In this document: positions 8,406 to 15,517 of the stretch, piece by piece
How the letters are laid out: each line of letters begins with the position of its first letter
Numbering within the stretch: position 1 is the stretch's first letter
Assembly: GCA_964355425.1 (NCBI GenBank)
Contig: CAYHDN010000001.1
Coordinates: 1 to 33,672, forward strand
From: an uncultured Candidatus Saccharibacteria bacterium
GTDB taxonomy: Bacteria > Patescibacteriota > UBA1384 > XYA2-FULL-43-10 > CAINNR01
Length of the DNA stretch: 33,672 nucleotides
Direction: 5' to 3'
Position numbers and translations under genes: made by a program
The notes under the pieces: generated by a model
The model's database searches: none
Seen by the model: the letters and a program-made list of their open reading frames with translations, nothing else
Told to the model about the DNA's origin: nothing

Positions 8406-8924
8406 TTAAGCCAATTTGGCATGGGCTCCAGCCGGGATTGGCTCCGGTTTGACCATCTCGAAATTATCCTTAACGGTTATTTTATGCTGTTCGATTTTTA
8501 CGATTGCCGAAGTGTGGATTATCCGCTGGTCGAATAATTTTTTAATGTAGATCCTGATTATCGAAAGTGAAGAGTTTTCGATGACATAATCGGAAACCAC
8601 CCCCAAATATTCGCCCTTTTTTGTAAAAACTTTCTCGCCAAAAATCTTCGCCCGTTTTTTGTATTTTTTCTGCAATCGAATCATTTCAGACGGTGCTACC
8701 AAACTTTCCTCACTTTGAATGATTAAGGCAGTTTTTGACAGTTCAACAATTTCTTTAGTTGAGATAAACTTAAGGTGATGAAAAACCCCTTTTGCTTTGG
8801 CAATCACCGCTTCGATCTTGCCTTCATCTTCATCAACAAAAAAATCAGCAAGTTCGGCGACATGCGTTTGATTTTCAATCTCAAAGATTGGAAGTCCTGA
8901 TAGCTTCGACCGTTCAATCAACAT
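8406..8924 (-). CDS. PRC-barrel domain-like protein (two repeats), hypothetical
   Basis: 172 aa with a repeated pattern resembling PRC-barrel/YlmC-type domains (LSGLPIFEIENQTHVAELADFFVDEDEGKIEAV...; FTKKGEYLGVVSDYVIENSSLSIIRIYI). Backbone-like composition. The family assignment is from memory only. Confidence 0.5.
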   Translation of the reverse strand: MLIERSKLSGLPIFEIENQTHVAELADFFVDEDEGKIEAVIAKAKGVFHHLKFISTKEIVELSKTALIIQSEESLVAPSEMIRLQKKYKKRAKIFGEKVFTKKGEYLGVVSDYVIENSSLSIIRIYIKKLFDQRIIHTSAIVKIEQHKITVKDNFEMVKPEPIPAGAHAKLA

Positions 8925-9050
8925 AGATCCATTATAACAAAAATTTTCAATTTAAAATTTTCAATTTTCAATAAATTTTCAAATGATTCAATGATTTAAA
9001 CATTAAAACATTTTAAATTCATTTTAAATTTTAAATTTAGAATTTTAAAT
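8925..9050. repeat. AT-only word spacer (AATTTTCAA / TTTAAATT family)
   Basis: Tandem and interspersed AATTTTCAA, TTTTAAATT and TTTAGAATTTTAAATTT words. This block is related to the spacer at 25210-25278. Confidence 0.7.
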
Positions 9051-9611
9051 TTAGTTGGCTCTTTCTAGATATTCACCGGTTCTGGTGTCGAGGACGATAT
9101 CGTCGCCTTCTTTGATAAACATCGGGACAGCGATCTGTTTGCCGGTGTTGATTGTTACCATTTTTGTCACCGCGCCGGCGCTATTTCCTTTGACACCCGG
9201 AGGAGCTGAAACAACTTTAAAAGTCATTTTGATCGGAAGTTCAATATCTAGTGGTTTGTTCTGGAAACTTAAAATTTCAACTGGAGAATTTTCGGTTAGA
9301 TATTCTAAACTGCTGTCGAGGTGAGAGTTTTCTATTTCGAACTGCTCATAAGAAACATTATCCATGAAATGAGAACTTTGATCGTCATGATAAAGAAAGG
9401 TCGCCGTTTTTTTTTCCAGTTCCGCTGGTTCAAATTTTTCCGAACCCTGGAAAGTTCGGGAAGTTATCGCACCGGAAATCAAATTTTTAAGCTTTGTCCG
9501 CATAATTGCCCCGCCGCGACCCTGTTTTGAGTGTTGCGAAAAAGTAACGGCGTGGGGACTGCCGTCAATAATAATTTTGCTCCCAACTTTTAGATCGGTA
9601 ATAGAATACAT
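9051..9611 (-). CDS. efp: translation elongation factor P
   Basis: MYSITDLKVGSKIIIDGSPHAVTFSQHSKQGRGGAIMRTKLKNLISG... and a full-length 186-aa three-domain EF-P pattern. Confidence 0.95.
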   Translation of the reverse strand: MYSITDLKVGSKIIIDGSPHAVTFSQHSKQGRGGAIMRTKLKNLISGAITSRTFQGSEKFEPAELEKKTATFLYHDDQSSHFMDNVSYEQFEIENSHLDSSLEYLTENSPVEILSFQNKPLDIELPIKMTFKVVSAPPGVKGNSAGAVTKMVTINTGKQIAVPMFIKEGDDIVLDTRTGEYLERAN

Positions 9612-9723
9612 AGTTGAAAGTTTATAAAGTCCATCAAGTCTATAAAGTTCTAAGAGCTGGAATCTATTATAGTTATTCCTTGTACTTTACGGACTTTAGA
9701 CTTTTTACTTTACGAACTAGTTA
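9612..9723. repeat. AAGT(C/T)NATAAAGT / ACTTTA word spacer
   Basis: Contains TTTATAAAGTCCATCAAGTCTATAAAGTTC ... GTACTTTACGGACTTTAGACTTTTTACTTTACGAAC. The same word family occurs at 6941-6963, 8351-8405, 10550-10602 and 22455-22492. Confidence 0.7.
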
Positions 9724-9945
9724 TTACCGAGTTACATACGGCAATAACGCCAACTGCCTTGCCCGTTTGATGGCGGTTCCAAGCTGACGTTGATGCTTTG
9801 AACAGACTCCGGTGCGCGAGGCTGGATCGATTTTTGACCAACGATTCAAATATCTCGAGAGAGTCGAGACATCTTTATAATCAACTTCAGCAATTTTAGT
9901 TTTGCAGAAATAACATTTTTTTCTTGAATACATTCCTTCTTGCAT
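9724..9945 (-). CDS. rpsR: 30S ribosomal protein S18
   Basis: CYFCKTKIAEVDYKDVSTLSRYLNRWSKIDPASRTGVCSKHQRQLGTAIKRARQLALLPYV. AGGA SD lies upstream. Last gene of the rpsF-ssb-rpsR arrangement. Confidence 0.9.
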   Translation of the reverse strand: MQEGMYSRKKCYFCKTKIAEVDYKDVSTLSRYLNRWSKIDPASRTGVCSKHQRQLGTAIKRARQLALLPYVTR

Positions 9946-9963
9946 ATGAATCCTTTCATCAGA

Positions 9964-10050
9964 AGCTAAACAATAGCTAGAAAGCTAGACTGACCCTTCG
10001 GGTCGCTAGACAATTGCCTAGCACTCTAGCAATGTCTAGCTATTTCTAGC
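9964..10050 (-). repeat. CTAG-rich leader repeat R2, copy 1 (between ssb stop and rpsR start)
   Basis: Shares an exact 36-nt core GCTAGAAAGCTAGACTGACCCTTCGGGTCGCTAGAC (9976-10011) with 11361-11396. Contains the hairpin GACCC-TTC-GGGTC and many CTAG words. Confidence 0.8.
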
Positions 10051-10060
10051 ATTTTATTAA

Positions 10061-10543
10061 TTAGAATGGAATTTCGTCGATGTCTATCTCTTCGGTTTCT
10101 TCCTTGCTATTTTTTTTATCATCTTTATCTTTTTTATCGTCTTTATCATCTATTTTTGTGATTTCTTCGACTGGATTTCCATCAGACATTGCTTCCTTTG
10201 GAGCTCCGCCGCGACTGCCGAGAGCAATGATATTGCTGGCAATAATTTCAGTTCGTTGTCTTTTGGCGCCGTCTTGACCCTCCCATTGATGAGTTTGCAA
10301 CCGCCCTTCGACATAAACCGGTGAGCCTTTTTTAACGAACTGGCTGATATTTTCTGCCAACTTGCCCCAGGCTACGATATCATGAAATTCAACTTGTTCT
10401 TGCATTTCTCCGGAGGTTTTATCAGCCCAGCGACGATTGGTGGCGACGCCGAAAGAGGTAACTGCTTGACCATTCGGAGTATAGCGCATCTCCGGGTCTC
10501 TGGTGGCATTGCCGATGATTGTTGCTCGATTCAGTGAAAACAT
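10061..10543 (-). CDS. ssb: single-stranded DNA-binding protein
   Basis: OB-fold N-terminus NRATIIGNATRDPEMRYTPNGQAVTSFGVATNRRW and an acidic C-terminal tip DIDEIPF. GGAG SD. Located between rpsF and rpsR. Confidence 0.92.
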   Translation of the reverse strand: MFSLNRATIIGNATRDPEMRYTPNGQAVTSFGVATNRRWADKTSGEMQEQVEFHDIVAWGKLAENISQFVKKGSPVYVEGRLQTHQWEGQDGAKRQRTEIIASNIIALGSRGGAPKEAMSDGNPVEEITKIDDKDDKKDKDDKKNSKEETEEIDIDEIPF

Positions 10544-10602
10544 AGTGTCTCCTTTCAGTCCGCTTTACGGACTTGATGGACTTTATAAACTTTATGGACT
10601 AT

Positions 10603-11331
10603 CTATAAATCATCCTTCAACAGTTCGTCTAACTTTTCGTCAAGCTTCTTGATTCTATCTGCCTCGTCTTCCTTGCCGTCCGTAGCTTTAGCGGAGGATG
10701 GTTCGGGCTCTTTTTTGGCCTCAACTGGTTCTTTCTCGATAACTTCTTCTTTTTCGGCTTTTTTGCTGATTTTCTTTTTCGGCTTGTCCTCTGTAGTTTC
10801 AGCTAAAGAGGGCTTTTTGATAACTGGTTCTTTCTCTATTTTTTTATCATCTTTAACTTCTTTTTCGTCTTTATCCTCTCCGATTTTTCCCATGTCTCCT
10901 GTCTGTGTGGTTAAGCGTTTGGCCATCAAGTCATAACTTTCGTCTTTCTTCCCCTCAACAACTTCAAAACTTTTCTCTCCGAGGACTTTTTCAACGTCCT
11001 CGGCGCCGACGACATCTTCCTTAGTGACAACAAGTTCTTCACTTTTAGTGATTTTGACGACGATTAAATGGCGAATAATTTGCGGATTGACCCGAAGTTC
11101 GTGTTCAATGTCGACAATTTTTTCTTTTGGCAGTTCAAACCAAACGGTAATATAAGTAGCAAAATTTTGTTTTGCAATAGGGTACGCAAGTTTGCGTCGG
11201 CCCCAAGATTCATCTTTGGTAATTTTTCCGCCGTCACCAGAAATAAAACTGGCGACTTTATCGGTAATTTTTTTTAAATCTGCTTCTGGAACTTCATCAG
11301 AAACTAAGTAGGTAAGTTCGTACTCTCTCAT
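10603..11331 (-). CDS. rpsF: 30S ribosomal protein S6 with a long Lys/Glu-rich C-terminal extension
   Basis: The N-terminal ~95 aa MREYELTYLVSDEV...WGRRKLAYPIAKQNFATYITVWFE...RHLIV are S6-like. The remaining ~140 aa are low-complexity K/E/D. Operon position is upstream of ssb-rpsR. Confidence 0.85.
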   Translation of the reverse strand: MREYELTYLVSDEVPEADLKKITDKVASFISGDGGKITKDESWGRRKLAYPIAKQNFATYITVWFELPKEKIVDIEHELRVNPQIIRHLIVVKITKSEELVVTKEDVVGAEDVEKVLGEKSFEVVEGKKDESYDLMAKRLTTQTGDMGKIGEDKDEKEVKDDKKIEKEPVIKKPSLAETTEDKPKKKISKKAEKEEVIEKEPVEAKKEPEPSSAKATDGKEDEADRIKKLDEKLDELLKDDL

Positions 11332-11351
11332 TGATTACAATCCTTTACAAC

Positions 11352-11435
11352 AGCTAAACTGCTAGAAAGCTAGACTGACCCTTCGGGTCGCTAGACGATT
11401 GCCTAGCCTTCTAGCTATGCCTAGCTATTTCTAGC
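11352..11435 (-). repeat. CTAG-rich leader repeat R2, copy 2 (upstream of rpsF)
   Basis: The same 36-nt core at 11361-11396, with flanking CTAGC/CTAGA words colinear with copy 1. Confidence 0.8.
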
Positions 11436-11595
11436 GGCATTAATATAATTTTATGATTATGACCTTCGTTGATCCCAATTAGTGTGGGCGAAGCCCCCGC
11501 GTGGGGGAATATTTGTAAATTGTGCATTTACTTTATCAAAGCTCTTTGCAAAAGTCAATAAATTTGATAGGATTTCTTGCGAGGTGGTGATCAAC

Positions 11596-12039
11596 ATGCC
11601 CAGAAAGAAGAGAATTGATGTTTTCAGAGTAACTGCATGGCATCCGGTTGCCGGAAATCTCGAGACCAACGCTGTTGAGTGGCTGAAGGGTGACGAGCGC
11701 TACTATCTTTACCCGATTTATGTCTGTGGCCGCGGACGGCTGAATATGACTCGGTATTTTCTTGACATTCGGCCGGGGATCCGCGACGTTGATCGAGTAA
11801 TCATTTACCACCGTCCTGGTAACGCTTGGTTGATACGATTGTCACTCAACTTGCCTGACACCGTGGAGAATTTCGCCGAGGGTGTTAAGATGGCGTCAAC
11901 CACCTTGTTGGGGAAGTTACAGCTGGCAACAATCAACTGCTTTAACGACAATGTTGTCTACATCGTTGCCAGCCGCCTGCCTGAACCGCCAATGGGTTCC
12001 CGGGTGTTTCGGGCCAGCGCCTTGCCGGTGCCAGCCTAG
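11596..12039 (+). CDS. hypothetical protein (147 aa)
   Basis: ATG 11596 has GAGGTGGTGA upstream, and terminator 12045-12070 follows. GC/Arg-rich. The ORF-track start at 11482 is an upstream extension without an SD. No family recognised. Confidence 0.5.
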   Translation: MPRKKRIDVFRVTAWHPVAGNLETNAVEWLKGDERYYLYPIYVCGRGRLNMTRYFLDIRPGIRDVDRVIIYHRPGNAWLIRLSLNLPDTVENFAEGVKMASTTLLGKLQLATINCFNDNVVYIVASRLPEPPMGSRVFRASALPVPA

Positions 12040-12044
12040 GTTTT

Positions 12045-12070
12045 GCGCTCCGATTTTGGGGCGCTTTTTT
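12045..12070 (+). terminator. intrinsic terminator of the 147-aa ORF
   Basis: GCGCTCC/GGGGCGC stem (one G-U pair) followed by T6. Confidence 0.7.
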
Positions 12071-12078
12071 AATTTAAT

Positions 12079-12117
12079 AAAAAAATCCGCCTCGCCCCCG
12101 GAGGAGCAAAGGCGGCG
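12079..12117 (-). terminator. intrinsic terminator of plsX-like gene
   Basis: On the minus strand CCGCCTTTGCTCCTCCGGGGGCGAGGCGG forms a hairpin, followed by ATTTTTTT. Confidence 0.65.
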
Positions 12118-12131
12118 GTTGCGAAATTGTA

Positions 12132-13199
12132 CTATTGGTTGAAATGCTCACGGATTTTACCGACCAGATCCAGCTCAATGTAGCGTAGTGTGGCCTCGAT
12201 TCCGTTGGCGATGGCATAGCGGTCGGAGCTGCCGTGGCCGATCATCACAAGGCCATTGGTGCCGAGAAGGGGCATTGCGCCGAACTGTCGGGGATCAAGC
12301 TCGAGCTTTACTGCTTTGAGTGCCGGCTTGATCATCCATAGTCCGATTTTGGTCCGCCAGCTCTTCAGTCCGTTGCGGAGAAGTGACTCCAAGGTGAGCT
12401 TTACGCCGCCCTCAACCCCTTTGAAGAACGCATTACCTACGAAGCCGTCGGACGCGTCAACATCCACAGCCTTATAGTCCGGATTGCCGAGCAATTCCCT
12501 GACCCTCTCTTGCGCGATCTCTGCTGCGACCAGGTCGCTAGACTGGACGTTGCCGACGAAGTTCGGAAAGCGCTCTTCCTCGAGTAGGCGGAAAGCCTCC
12601 TTACTGGCCTTGTTGCCCTTACTATCCTCCTCACCATTGGAGTGCAAACCAACGAGGGGATCTTCGATGTCGAGAGCCAGCTGACCAAAGATCCGCCCAA
12701 GATGAGCGAATTGCACGATCATCTCGGCGCTGCAGTCCGTGCTGGTGCCGCCGTCGAGAAGAATGCCACGACGGCCGCCATACTTGGGCATAGTCAGCGC
12801 TAACGGCGGACGCAAGATGCCTGGGATAAGTCCCAGTCCACCTTTTTCAGTATCACGAGCAGCCCAGACCGTCGCGGACCTGGTGTCTCCACAGAGTAAA
12901 GCAGCGTCGGCTTCACCTGCTGCTACCAGCCTAACCGATTGAGCAACAGAGGAATTGGTGGCCCGCAAGACGGTCTTTAGGTCGTCGCTGGCCCAAAGAG
13001 TTTCGTCACAGGGGAAACGGGCATCAACTGACACCAGCCCAAATTGGTTCACAAGCGAGTTAATTAGGCTCTGATGACCAACAACGGCTACGCGATAAGG
13101 GTTGTCTTTTCTCATTCGTCTGATTGCGATCCTGACCCCTTCTGCCACTTCCTCGGGCCCTTTATCGGTTCCCAAGAGATCAACGGCCACGGTTGGCAT
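12132..13199 (-). CDS. plsX: PlsX-like phosphate acyltransferase (fatty acid/phospholipid synthesis protein PlsX family)
   Basis: Colinear by eye with PlsX: VAVDLLGTDKGPEEV (cf. DVMGGD), RPPLALTMPKYGGRRGILLDGGTSTDCSAEMIVQFAHLG, SDGFVGNAFFKGVEG, LLGTNGLVMIGHGSSD. It has its own TTGACG-17-TATTAT promoter, a GAGGAGG SD and terminator 12079-12117. GC-rich. Confidence 0.8.
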   Translation of the reverse strand: MPTVAVDLLGTDKGPEEVAEGVRIAIRRMRKDNPYRVAVVGHQSLINSLVNQFGLVSVDARFPCDETLWASDDLKTVLRATNSSVAQSVRLVAAGEADAALLCGDTRSATVWAARDTEKGGLGLIPGILRPPLALTMPKYGGRRGILLDGGTSTDCSAEMIVQFAHLGRIFGQLALDIEDPLVGLHSNGEEDSKGNKASKEAFRLLEEERFPNFVGNVQSSDLVAAEIAQERVRELLGNPDYKAVDVDASDGFVGNAFFKGVEGGVKLTLESLLRNGLKSWRTKIGLWMIKPALKAVKLELDPRQFGAMPLLGTNGLVMIGHGSSDRYAIANGIEATLRYIELDLVGKIREHFNQ

Positions 13200-13244
13200 A
13201 CCAGACCTCCTCGATTGATGTTGAAGCGTTTGCGACTCGGCAAG

Positions 13245-13273
13245 ATAATACCAAAAAGATCCCTGATCGTCAA
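13245..13273 (-). promoter_or_regulatory. sigma70-like promoter of plsX-like gene
   Basis: TTGACG(13273-13268)-17 nt-TATTAT(13250-13245). Confidence 0.55.
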
Positions 13274-13310
13274 TGTGAGATGAACGAGCTCAAAAACTCC
13301 ATCGATTATC

Positions 13311-13412
13311 GTAGATCAGACTTTAGTCTGAAATATCCACACTGAAGTGTGGCTACAAATGAATTGATGTAGACCACGATTTATCGTGATAACAAACTAA
13401 AGCTTGTACTGC
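13311..13412 (+). repeat. multi-hairpin interspersed repeat R1, copy B
   Basis: GTAGATCAGACTTTAGTCTGAAATATCCACACTGAAGTGTGG...GTAGACCACGATTTATCGTG...AAGCTTGTAC, lying immediately 3' of the ychF stop codon. Confidence 0.8.
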
Positions 13413-13415
13413 TGA

Positions 13416-14474
13416 CTATACATTGAAGCGGAATAATGCCACATCGCCGTCTTTGAAAATATAATTTTTACCCTCTGTCCGGACCATTCCGTGTGAGCGG
13501 GCGCCAGACCAACCGCCCTGGGCGAAAAGGTCTTGCCAGGGAATTACTTCAGCGGCGATAAATCCGCGTTCGAAATCGCTGTGAATTACGGCAGCGGCTT
13601 CCGGCGCCATTGTGCCGTTTCGAACTGTCCAAGCCCGAGTTTCCGGCTCGCCGGAGGTAAAATAGGTGATTAAATTCAGTGCCCTGTAGGCCTCTTTTAT
13701 CAAACGATTGATGCCGGTATCGCTAATACCAAGAGACTCGAGGTATTCATGTCGGTCAGCATCCGACAAGTCATTTAGCTCTGATTCTATCTTAGCGGAA
13801 ATTGGAATATATTTATCATCTTCGAAACTCCGCAGTTGTTCCTCGGAACAATTAGCGACATATAAGACTGGTTTCATCGTCATCAGCGCCAGTGATTTAA
13901 CCAGTTTTAATTCATCATCAGACAAATCGGCTTCGCGGGCATTTTTGCCATCACAAAGTTTTTTTATAATTTTGTCCAGTGCTTCTTTTTCTAATTTTGC
14001 ATCCTTTGATCCGCTTTTGATGTCACGGTCTAAATTATATTGGCGTTTTTCGACTGTGGTAATATCGGCAAGCTGAAGTTCGGTTTCAATAGTAGCGATA
14101 TCATCTTTCGGATCCAGTTTTCCGGCAACATGAGTTACATTTTCATCTTGAAAAAAACGGACGACCATAGCAATCGCATCACATTCGCGGATGTGCGAAA
14201 GAAATTGGTTGCCTAAGCCTTCGCCTTTTGATGCACCGCGGACTAGGCCGGCAATATCAACAAACTCAACGACGGTGGGTACAATCTTTTTAGAATGAGA
14301 GATTTCGCCGAGCGGAGCGAGGCGTTCATCCGGCACCTCAACAATTCCAACATTGGGCTCAATGGTGCAAAATGGGTAGTTGGCCGCTTCCGCTTTTGAG
14401 CCCTTAACTAAGGCATTAAAAAGTGTACTCTTTCCAACATTCGGTAAACCTACGATGCCGATTTTGAGCGACAT
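13416..14474 (-). CDS. ychF: ribosome-binding ATPase YchF (Obg-like GTPase family)
   Basis: MSLKIGIVGLPNVGKSTLFNAL...NYPFCTIEPNVGIVEVPD...C-terminal TGS-like GKNYIFKDGDVALFRFNV. Start set at ATG 14474, because the 60 codons upstream in the ORF track cross a terminator and a palindromic repeat. Confidence 0.93.
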   Translation of the reverse strand: MSLKIGIVGLPNVGKSTLFNALVKGSKAEAANYPFCTIEPNVGIVEVPDERLAPLGEISHSKKIVPTVVEFVDIAGLVRGASKGEGLGNQFLSHIRECDAIAMVVRFFQDENVTHVAGKLDPKDDIATIETELQLADITTVEKRQYNLDRDIKSGSKDAKLEKEALDKIIKKLCDGKNAREADLSDDELKLVKSLALMTMKPVLYVANCSEEQLRSFEDDKYIPISAKIESELNDLSDADRHEYLESLGISDTGINRLIKEAYRALNLITYFTSGEPETRAWTVRNGTMAPEAAAVIHSDFERGFIAAEVIPWQDLFAQGGWSGARSHGMVRTEGKNYIFKDGDVALFRFNV

Positions 14475-14540
14475 AAATCCTTTCAAAAAGTGCTCATCCT
14501 CCGTAGCTTTAGCGAAGGATGGGTTAAGTCCCATAGCTAG

Positions 14541-14569
14541 AACATACGCTATTTGAGCTTGTAAGTAAA
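14541..14569 (-). promoter_or_regulatory. possible promoter of ychF (backbone gene)
   Basis: TTTACT-17 nt-TATGTT on the minus strand, directly abutting the T-tract of the upstream cassette terminator. Confidence 0.35.
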
Positions 14570-14594
14570 GAAAAAACTCTCGTGTACACGAGAG
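14569..14594 (-). terminator. intrinsic terminator of the 87-aa membrane ORF
   Basis: Perfect palindrome CTCTCGTGTACACGAGAG (14577-14594), followed on the minus strand by TTTTTTC. Confidence 0.65.
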
Positions 14595-14613
14595 CCGGGC
14601 AGGGTAGCGATTG

Positions 14614-14877
14614 CTACTCCGTGATGATGCCGAGGCGCCGGCCACCGGCGTCAATGCCGCCGATGAGCAGCAAGATCAGCGGCCAGCAGAGGGCAACGGC
14701 CGGGAAGCAGGTGAAATACAGCCACAGGTCTCGGGCGTTTGGCTGTTCGCCGACCGCACCGAACGAGCCATTAGCCCAGCTGAGCTCGCCCGCGAGCACC
14801 ATCCAGACGACGATCGCAATGACCAGATACACGCCCAGTCCTTCTGCCACTTTCAGCAGGGTCAGCAGTGTTCTCAT
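14614..14877 (-). CDS. hypothetical small membrane protein (87 aa, 2 predicted TM)
   Basis: ATG 14877 is preceded by GAAGGG. Product is MRTLLTLLKVAEGLGVYLVIAIVVWMVLAG...FTCFPAVALCWPLILLLIGGI. Terminator 14569-14594 follows. GC-rich. Confidence 0.45.
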   Translation of the reverse strand: MRTLLTLLKVAEGLGVYLVIAIVVWMVLAGELSWANGSFGAVGEQPNARDLWLYFTCFPAVALCWPLILLLIGGIDAGGRRLGIITE

Positions 14878-14928
14878 TTGGCACCCTTCTGTGCTACCTG
14901 ATTTTGTTTGATGATATATCATTTCAAT

Positions 14929-14956
14929 TTGAAAGTAAAGAGATTTTTGTTATATT
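14929..14956 (+). promoter_or_regulatory. sigma70-like promoter of the basic-peptide ORF
   Basis: TTGAAA-16 nt-TATATT. It lies in a palindromic divergent region; TTTCAATTTGAAA is self-complementary. Confidence 0.45.
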
Positions 14957-14985
14957 ATATCCGACCATGTCCGGAGGTGTTCGCG

Positions 14986-15138
14986 GTGCCAAGGCACAGC
15001 GGTAGTAGTAATGATAAGGCACAGAGGAAGCGCCGAACGAAAAGGGGTAGACTAGAGCGTGCAAACTTCAGCAGAGGAAAGCTGGCCAGGCGCAACATAG
15101 AGAATGCTTATCGCCGAGAGTCGTCCCATGGTAGCTGA
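14986..15138 (+). CDS. hypothetical highly basic peptide (50 aa)
   Basis: GTG 14986 directly follows the leader GGAGGTGTTCGCG. Product is VPRHSGSSNDKAQRKRRTKRGRLERANFSRGKLARRNIENAYRRESSHGS. A TTGAAA-16-TATATT promoter lies upstream, and the stop codon sits in the loop of terminator 15125-15156. Coding status is uncertain. Confidence 0.3.
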   Translation: MPRHSGSSNDKAQRKRRTKRGRLERANFSRGKLARRNIENAYRRESSHGS

Positions 15139-15156
15139 ACCATGGGAATTTTTTTA
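15125..15156 (+). terminator. intrinsic terminator after the basic 50-aa ORF
   Basis: CCCATGG/CCATGGG stem followed by AATTTTTTT. The stop codon TGA 15136-15138 lies in the loop. Confidence 0.65.
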
Positions 15157-15205
15157 TTGCAAAAAAGTGTATAATAAAAACAGCAATCATTTAAGGGGTG
15201 AGCTT

Positions 15206-15481
15206 GTGAGTAGTTCTGATTTGACGGTTGTTGACATGTTTGTTCCAGCTGAACGAACGAGGCTCGCCGTTCTTTCATTTCGACTTTACCGGGCTCTACG
15301 GGCTCTGCGCTATTATAAACGGGCAGCCCAAGAGTTCGAACACTTTTTGCACCTGAAGTCAACTAGCGGCCCTGGGCGTTGTTTCGTCCTAGTTGATCAA
15401 AATGGACAACGGAGATACACCAATCTGGTGCCGATTGAACGCGCGGACATACCCGCAGTCCTTGCCGCCGTACCCAAGTAG
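15206..15481 (+). CDS. hypothetical protein (91 aa)
   Basis: GTG 15206 has AAGGGGTGA upstream (alternative ATG at 15236), and TATAAT lies at 15170-15175. The stop codon sits in the loop of strong terminator 15465-15500. GC/Arg-rich. Confidence 0.4.
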   Translation: MSSSDLTVVDMFVPAERTRLAVLSFRLYRALRALRYYKRAAQEFEHFLHLKSTSGPGRCFVLVDQNGQRRYTNLVPIERADIPAVLAAVPK

Positions 15482-15500
15482 CACGGCGGATTTTTTTTTT
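15465..15500 (+). terminator. intrinsic terminator after the 91-aa ORF
   Basis: CCGCCGT/ACGGCGG stem followed by T10 (15491-15500). Confidence 0.75.
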
Positions 15501-15502
15501 GC

Positions 15503-15517
15503 TACAATAAAAGTATG
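15503..15517 (+). promoter_or_regulatory. -10-like TACAAT placed 6 nt before the dedA ATG (possible leaderless transcript)
   Basis: TACAAT 15503-15508, then AAAAGT, then ATG 15515, with no SD. The same geometry (TATTAT plus 6 nt plus ATG) occurs at 21495-21509 before the polA exonuclease ORF. Confidence 0.4.

Noticed and set aside
8925-9050. AT-rich tandem words were considered as a possible CRISPR array (also 25210-25278 and 28700-28800).
   Set aside because: The units are 8-12 nt, irregular and adjacent without unique spacers of 25-40 nt. There are no cas genes in the window, and the same words recur as ordinary spacer filler.
13416-14654. The ORF track gives ychF a 60-codon N-terminal extension (MTPVAGASASS...).
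   Set aside because: The canonical YchF N-terminus MSLKIGIVGLPNVGKST begins at ATG 14474. The extension runs through a palindromic repeat, a predicted ychF promoter and the terminator of the neighbouring cassette, and it overlaps the 87-aa ORF region.
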